Assembly: GCA_030765585.1 (NCBI GenBank)
Contig: JAVCCJ010000069.1
Span: 1 to 46,158 of the forward strand
Length of the DNA: 46,158 nt
Direction of reading: 5' to 3'
Origin: Candidatus Zapsychrus exili
Lineage (GTDB): Bacteria; Omnitrophota; Gorgyraeia; Zapsychrales; Zapsychraceae
Made by a program: the position numbers and the translations under genes. The notes beneath the pieces were generated by a model. It ran no database searches, was not told the DNA's origin, and saw only the letters and a program-made list of their open reading frames with translations. Positions within the stretch are counted from its first letter, which is position 1, and every line of letters begins with the position of its first letter. This document shows, in pieces, positions 43,037 to 46,158 of the stretch.

Positions 43037-43043
43037 ATATTTT

Positions 43044-43463
43044 TTACTTTAAACCTAAAACTTCTACTTTGTGGATTTTATCTAGAACTCCATTAACAAA
43101 TTTGCTTGAGTTTAAATCGCCATACTTCTTGGCTAACTCAACTGCTTCATTAATAGTTACCTTCGGTGGGATATCTTCTGCATATAAAAGCTCAAAAACA
43201 CCTATTCTCAAAACGCTTTTATCTATGACAGCCATTCTTTTTATCTGCCAATTTGTTGCAAAAGATGATATTTTATCATCAATCTTTTCAATATTTTCTT
43301 CTATACCCTTCGTCAATCTTTTTGAAAACTCATGTATAATATCGTCTTTAGATTCTTTCTCTTGCCAGAAACTATCAGAAACTACACTAATTTCTCTGGA
43401 AGCAATCTCAGCTTGATATAAAATCTTTAAAACACATTCACGTGATTGACTACGTTTTCTCAT
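43044..43463 (-). CDS. nusB: Transcription antitermination factor NusB
   Basis: [32 protein letters not shown]. Confidence 0.96.
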   Translation of the reverse strand: MRKRSQSRECVLKILYQAEIASREISVVSDSFWQEKESKDDIIHEFSKRLTKGIEENIEKIDDKISSFATNWQIKRMAVIDKSVLRIGVFELLYAEDIPPKVTINEAVELAKKYGDLNSSKFVNGVLDKIHKVEVLGLK

Positions 43464-43469
43464 AAAAAA

Positions 43470-43503
43470 GATTTCACAGATCTAAAAAATGATTACACCG
43501 ATT
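43470..43503. repeat. Left repeat arm flanking the GxxExxY gene
   Basis: GATTTCACAGATC (43470) and GATTACACCGATT (43491), 21-bp period. Confidence 0.8.
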
Positions 43504-43514
43504 AATATTATTTA

Positions 43515-43880
43515 TTAACAAACAAATCTTTTAACAAAGCAACTCTTGTCTCCAAAATTGACCAATAACCCTACTTTTAATTTAGCAGCCTTTAAATAAG
43601 AAACGATCTGCTGTCTAAATATTGGAGGAACATCTTTTGCTAAAGCCTTTACCTCTACTATTACCTTATCTTCAACAATTAAATCTAATCTAAAAGAACC
43701 AACTTTTTCATTATCAAAATATACAGAAAAATCTTTTTCTTTAATACATTTTAATCCATCTTTTTCTAAGACTAAAACAAGAGCATTATGATATATTTTT
43801 TCACTAAAACCTGGACCAAGCTTATTATACACTTGATAACAACAGCCTATTATTTCTTTAGTCAAATGATCATTAATCAA
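43515..43880 (-). CDS. GxxExxY family protein (PD-(D/E)XK nuclease-like)
   Basis: LGPGFSEKIY, RLDLIVEDKVIVEVKA, QIVSYLKA, GLLVNFG. Confidence 0.92.
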   Translation of the reverse strand: MINDHLTKEIIGCCYQVYNKLGPGFSEKIYHNALVLVLEKDGLKCIKEKDFSVYFDNEKVGSFRLDLIVEDKVIVEVKALAKDVPPIFRQQIVSYLKAAKLKVGLLVNFGDKSCFVKRFVC

Positions 43881-43922
43881 TATCCGTGCAATCTTTTTTC
43901 TTATCAGTGCAATCTTTTTTCT
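43881..43922. repeat. Right (inverted) repeat arm flanking the GxxExxY gene
   Basis: Tandem 21-mer TATCMGTGCAATCTTTTTTCT x2; core is the reverse complement of the left-arm unit. Confidence 0.85.
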
Positions 43923-44425
43923 TATTTGACTTTTTTATCTATTCTCTTTAAAACACTTATCATTTCTAAAGCAGCAAAAGCTGCGTCTCTACCTTTGTTC
44001 TCGCCACCATCTTCGGAAGAACGTTTATAGGCTTGATCAACAGTTTCTGTTGCTAAAACTTCAAAAATAATTGGTTTTTCAGTACTTAATGACGCCTTTG
44101 CGATACCTTCTGCAGCTCCTTGAGCAACCAATTCAAAATGCAATGTCTCTCCTCTAATAACTGCGCCAAGACAAATAACAGCATCTATTTTTTCTTTTTT
44201 AGCTAATTTACAAGCTGCTATCGGTATTTCAAATGCTCCAGGAACCCACACAACTGTAATATTGCTTTTACTAACTCCTAAATCAATAAGCTCATCTAAA
44301 CAGGCATCCAAAAGACGATTAGTAATAAACTCATTGAATCTTGATATGACAATACCTATTCTTCTAGCTTTGCCTTTTGGCTTTCCTTCTAAAACTGTTC
44401 CTGCTTTTTTTGACATTCCTAACAT
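43922..44425 (-). CDS. ribH: 6,7-dimethyl-8-ribityllumazine synthase
   Basis: SRFNEFIT, VPGAFEIP, LGAVIRGETLHFE, NKG. Confidence 0.96.
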   Translation of the reverse strand: MLGMSKKAGTVLEGKPKGKARRIGIVISRFNEFITNRLLDACLDELIDLGVSKSNITVVWVPGAFEIPIAACKLAKKEKIDAVICLGAVIRGETLHFELVAQGAAEGIAKASLSTEKPIIFEVLATETVDQAYKRSSEDGGENKGRDAAFAALEMISVLKRIDKKVK

Positions 44426-44437
44426 ATAAATAATTCC

Positions 44438-44552
44438 AAATGATAAACAACAAATAACAAATAAATACCAAAAAACAAATGAACAAATTCAAAACATTTG
44501 AAATTTGAAATTTGAAATTTATTTGGATTTTGAATTTTGGATTTTGTCATTT
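44438..44552. repeat. Imperfect palindrome built from 7-nt periodic CAAAT/ATTTG units
   Basis: Left arm AAATGATAAACAACAAATAACAAATAAATACCAAA; right arm TTTGAAATTTGAAATTTATTTGGATTTTGAATTTTGGATTTTGTCATTT. Confidence 0.8.
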
Positions 44553-45751
44553 TATAGTATGTGTCCTAATTTTTCTTTTTTAGCTTTTAGATATTTTTCA
44601 TTAACTTCATTATGAGGAACTTGTAGAGGTACTCTCTCAGAAACCTTTATTCCATATCCTTCTAAGCCAACTATTTTTCTAGGATTATTAGTTAAAAGCT
44701 TCAAATCTTTAACGCCTAAATCGACTAAGATTTGTGCGCCTAAACCATAATGACGAAGATCTGCTCCGAAACCTAGAGCTTCATTTGCCTCAACAGTATC
44801 CATTCCTTCGTCCTGAAGATTATAAGCTTTAAGTTTATTAATAAGACCTATGCCTCTTCCTTCTTGTCTCATATAAAGAAGCACACCTGATCCATTTTCA
44901 CTAATAGCTTTTAATGCATTGTTTAGCTGATCTTGGCAATCACATCTTAATGATCCAAAAACATCTCCTGTTAAACACTCAGACTGAACTCTTACTAGCA
45001 CTGACTCTTTTCCATCAACTTCTCCTCTTACAAGTGCTATATGAGTTGAATCATCTATTTTAGATTTATACGCTATCATTTTGAAATCGCCATATTTTGT
45101 AGGAAGGGTTGTTTCAATTGCTCTTTCTACAAGCTTTTCTCTTGTTCTTAAATATTCAATCAAACTATCTATTGTACAAATTTTAAGATTATGCTTCTTT
45201 GAGAAAATCTCTAAATCTTTTGTACGAGCCATCGTTCCGTCTTCATTCATTATTTCACAAATAACTCCAGCCGGAGAAAGACCAGCTAGTCTTGTTAAAT
45301 CAACAGATGCCTCTGTATGTCCTGCACGAATTAAAACACCACCATTTACAGCTCTTAAAGGAAATAAATGTCCTGGAGTAATTAAATCAGCTGGTTTTGA
45401 TTTAGGGTCTATCAAAACCCTAGCAGTATAAGCACGATCAGCGGCTGATATTCCAGTTGTTATGCCTTTAGAGGCATCAACTGAAATAGCCCAACCAGTA
45501 TCACAAGGTTGATGTCTATTGCTCACATGAACTTTCATTGGATGAAGATCAAGCTCATCTAGCCTATCTTCAGTCATAGGAGTACAAATTAGTCCTCTTG
45601 CTTCTTTTGCCATAAAATTTATATGTTCAGGAGTAATGAATTCTGCAGCGCAAAGAAGATCTCCTTCGTTTTCGCGACCCTCATCGTCCATTACAACAAT
45701 CATTTTACCAGCTTTTAAATCTTCTAAAACTTCTTCAATCGTGTTAAACAT
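44552..45751 (-). CDS. ribBA: Bifunctional DHBP synthase / GTP cyclohydrolase II
   Basis: [48 protein letters not shown]. Confidence 0.97.
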   Translation of the reverse strand: MFNTIEEVLEDLKAGKMIVVMDDEGRENEGDLLCAAEFITPEHINFMAKEARGLICTPMTEDRLDELDLHPMKVHVSNRHQPCDTGWAISVDASKGITTGISAADRAYTARVLIDPKSKPADLITPGHLFPLRAVNGGVLIRAGHTEASVDLTRLAGLSPAGVICEIMNEDGTMARTKDLEIFSKKHNLKICTIDSLIEYLRTREKLVERAIETTLPTKYGDFKMIAYKSKIDDSTHIALVRGEVDGKESVLVRVQSECLTGDVFGSLRCDCQDQLNNALKAISENGSGVLLYMRQEGRGIGLINKLKAYNLQDEGMDTVEANEALGFGADLRHYGLGAQILVDLGVKDLKLLTNNPRKIVGLEGYGIKVSERVPLQVPHNEVNEKYLKAKKEKLGHIL

Positions 45752-45778
45752 AATGCCTCCATTTAAAAGTTATCATTT

Positions 45779-45931
45779 CAAAACCCAAATAACATCAATA
45801 AGCTCAAAATACCAATACTACCAATATTGCCAACCAAATACCAATTCCCAAATTAAAAACCAATGCTTTTTTATTTTTGAATTTTGGATTTATTTGGAAT
45901 TTTGTAATATTTTGACTTTGGATTTTATCAT
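45779..45931. repeat. Second heptamer-periodic imperfect palindrome, in the ribBA leader
   Basis: CCAAAT/CCAAT units followed by TTTGAATTTTGGATTTATTTGGAATTTTG...TTTGGATTTTATCAT, similar to 44438-44552. Confidence 0.75.
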
Positions 45932-45973
45932 ATATTACTCTTATTAATACTAATAATTATTGATTAATGGGGT

Positions 45974-46002
45974 AATATATTCTAAATGTATGCGGATGTC
46001 AA
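45974..46002 (-). promoter_or_regulatory. Sigma70 promoter of the rib operon
   Basis: TTGACA-17 nt-TATATT on the minus strand. Confidence 0.7.
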
Positions 46003-46032
46003 GAAATTAAAAGGGATCATAAAATGACCTCC

Positions 46033-46114
46033 GATTACACGGATTAAATTCAGATTACACTGATTAAAACAATTACTATTATCCATGTAATCATCTTTTA
46101 AAATCTGGGTAATC
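46033..46114. repeat. Gene-less palindromic element: 2 x GATTACACNGATT plus 2 inverted copies
   Basis: Units at 46033-46045 and 46053-46065; inverted units at 46080-46092 and 46102-46114. Confidence 0.85.
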
Positions 46115-46158
46115 AGGTTATTTCTATCAAGATTCATATCAAGAAATAACCATTAAAA

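Noticed and set aside
45636..45947. 103-aa plus-strand ORF and 31957..32148 ORF as small genes
   Set aside because: They run through antisense ribBA plus a low-complexity repeat, and through the mraZ promoter/operator, respectively.
45752..46158. FMN riboswitch ahead of the riboflavin operon
   Set aside because: No RFN conserved sequence; the leader is occupied by the AT-rich heptamer palindrome.

Overview
AT-rich bacterial chromosomal segment with nearly all genes on the minus strand. From 9.8 to 46 kb it is mostly housekeeping: ribBA-ribH-(GxxExxY)-nusB-PHP-ribD-ribE-fabZ, acyP-ligA-lipoprotein-xerD-cca-rbfA-nrnA-truB-ribF, a dcw cluster (mraZ to ftsA, with a metallopeptidase inserted and no murB or ftsZ in place), a receiver protein, a U32 peptidase, class II RNR and a PAS/HD-GYP protein. 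The standout is 9519 to <1. The listed 2027-aa ORF continues in the same frame past a single TGA (3436-3438, probably two compensating indels) to the window edge, giving at least 3173 codons. The product has a signal peptide and an N-terminal domain. It then carries UDP-glucose pyrophosphorylase-like, PPi-type phosphofructokinase (plus an RpoA-CTD-like domain), glucose-6-phosphate isomerase, phosphoglucomutase and unknown modules. Each module is introduced by a D-x-A-M linker, and three linkers share an identical 12-bp DNA sequence. The architecture suggests an Omnitrophota-type giant protein (inference). The window also holds several palindromic repeat families. A GxxExxY nuclease gene is bracketed by 2+2 inverted 13-mers, and two gene-less copies of the same element occur elsewhere. 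There are two heptamer-periodic palindromes, and a VIPAKAGI-coding hairpin sits in frame inside ribD. Lesions in murG, rsmH and the giant gene suggest some residual sequencing error.
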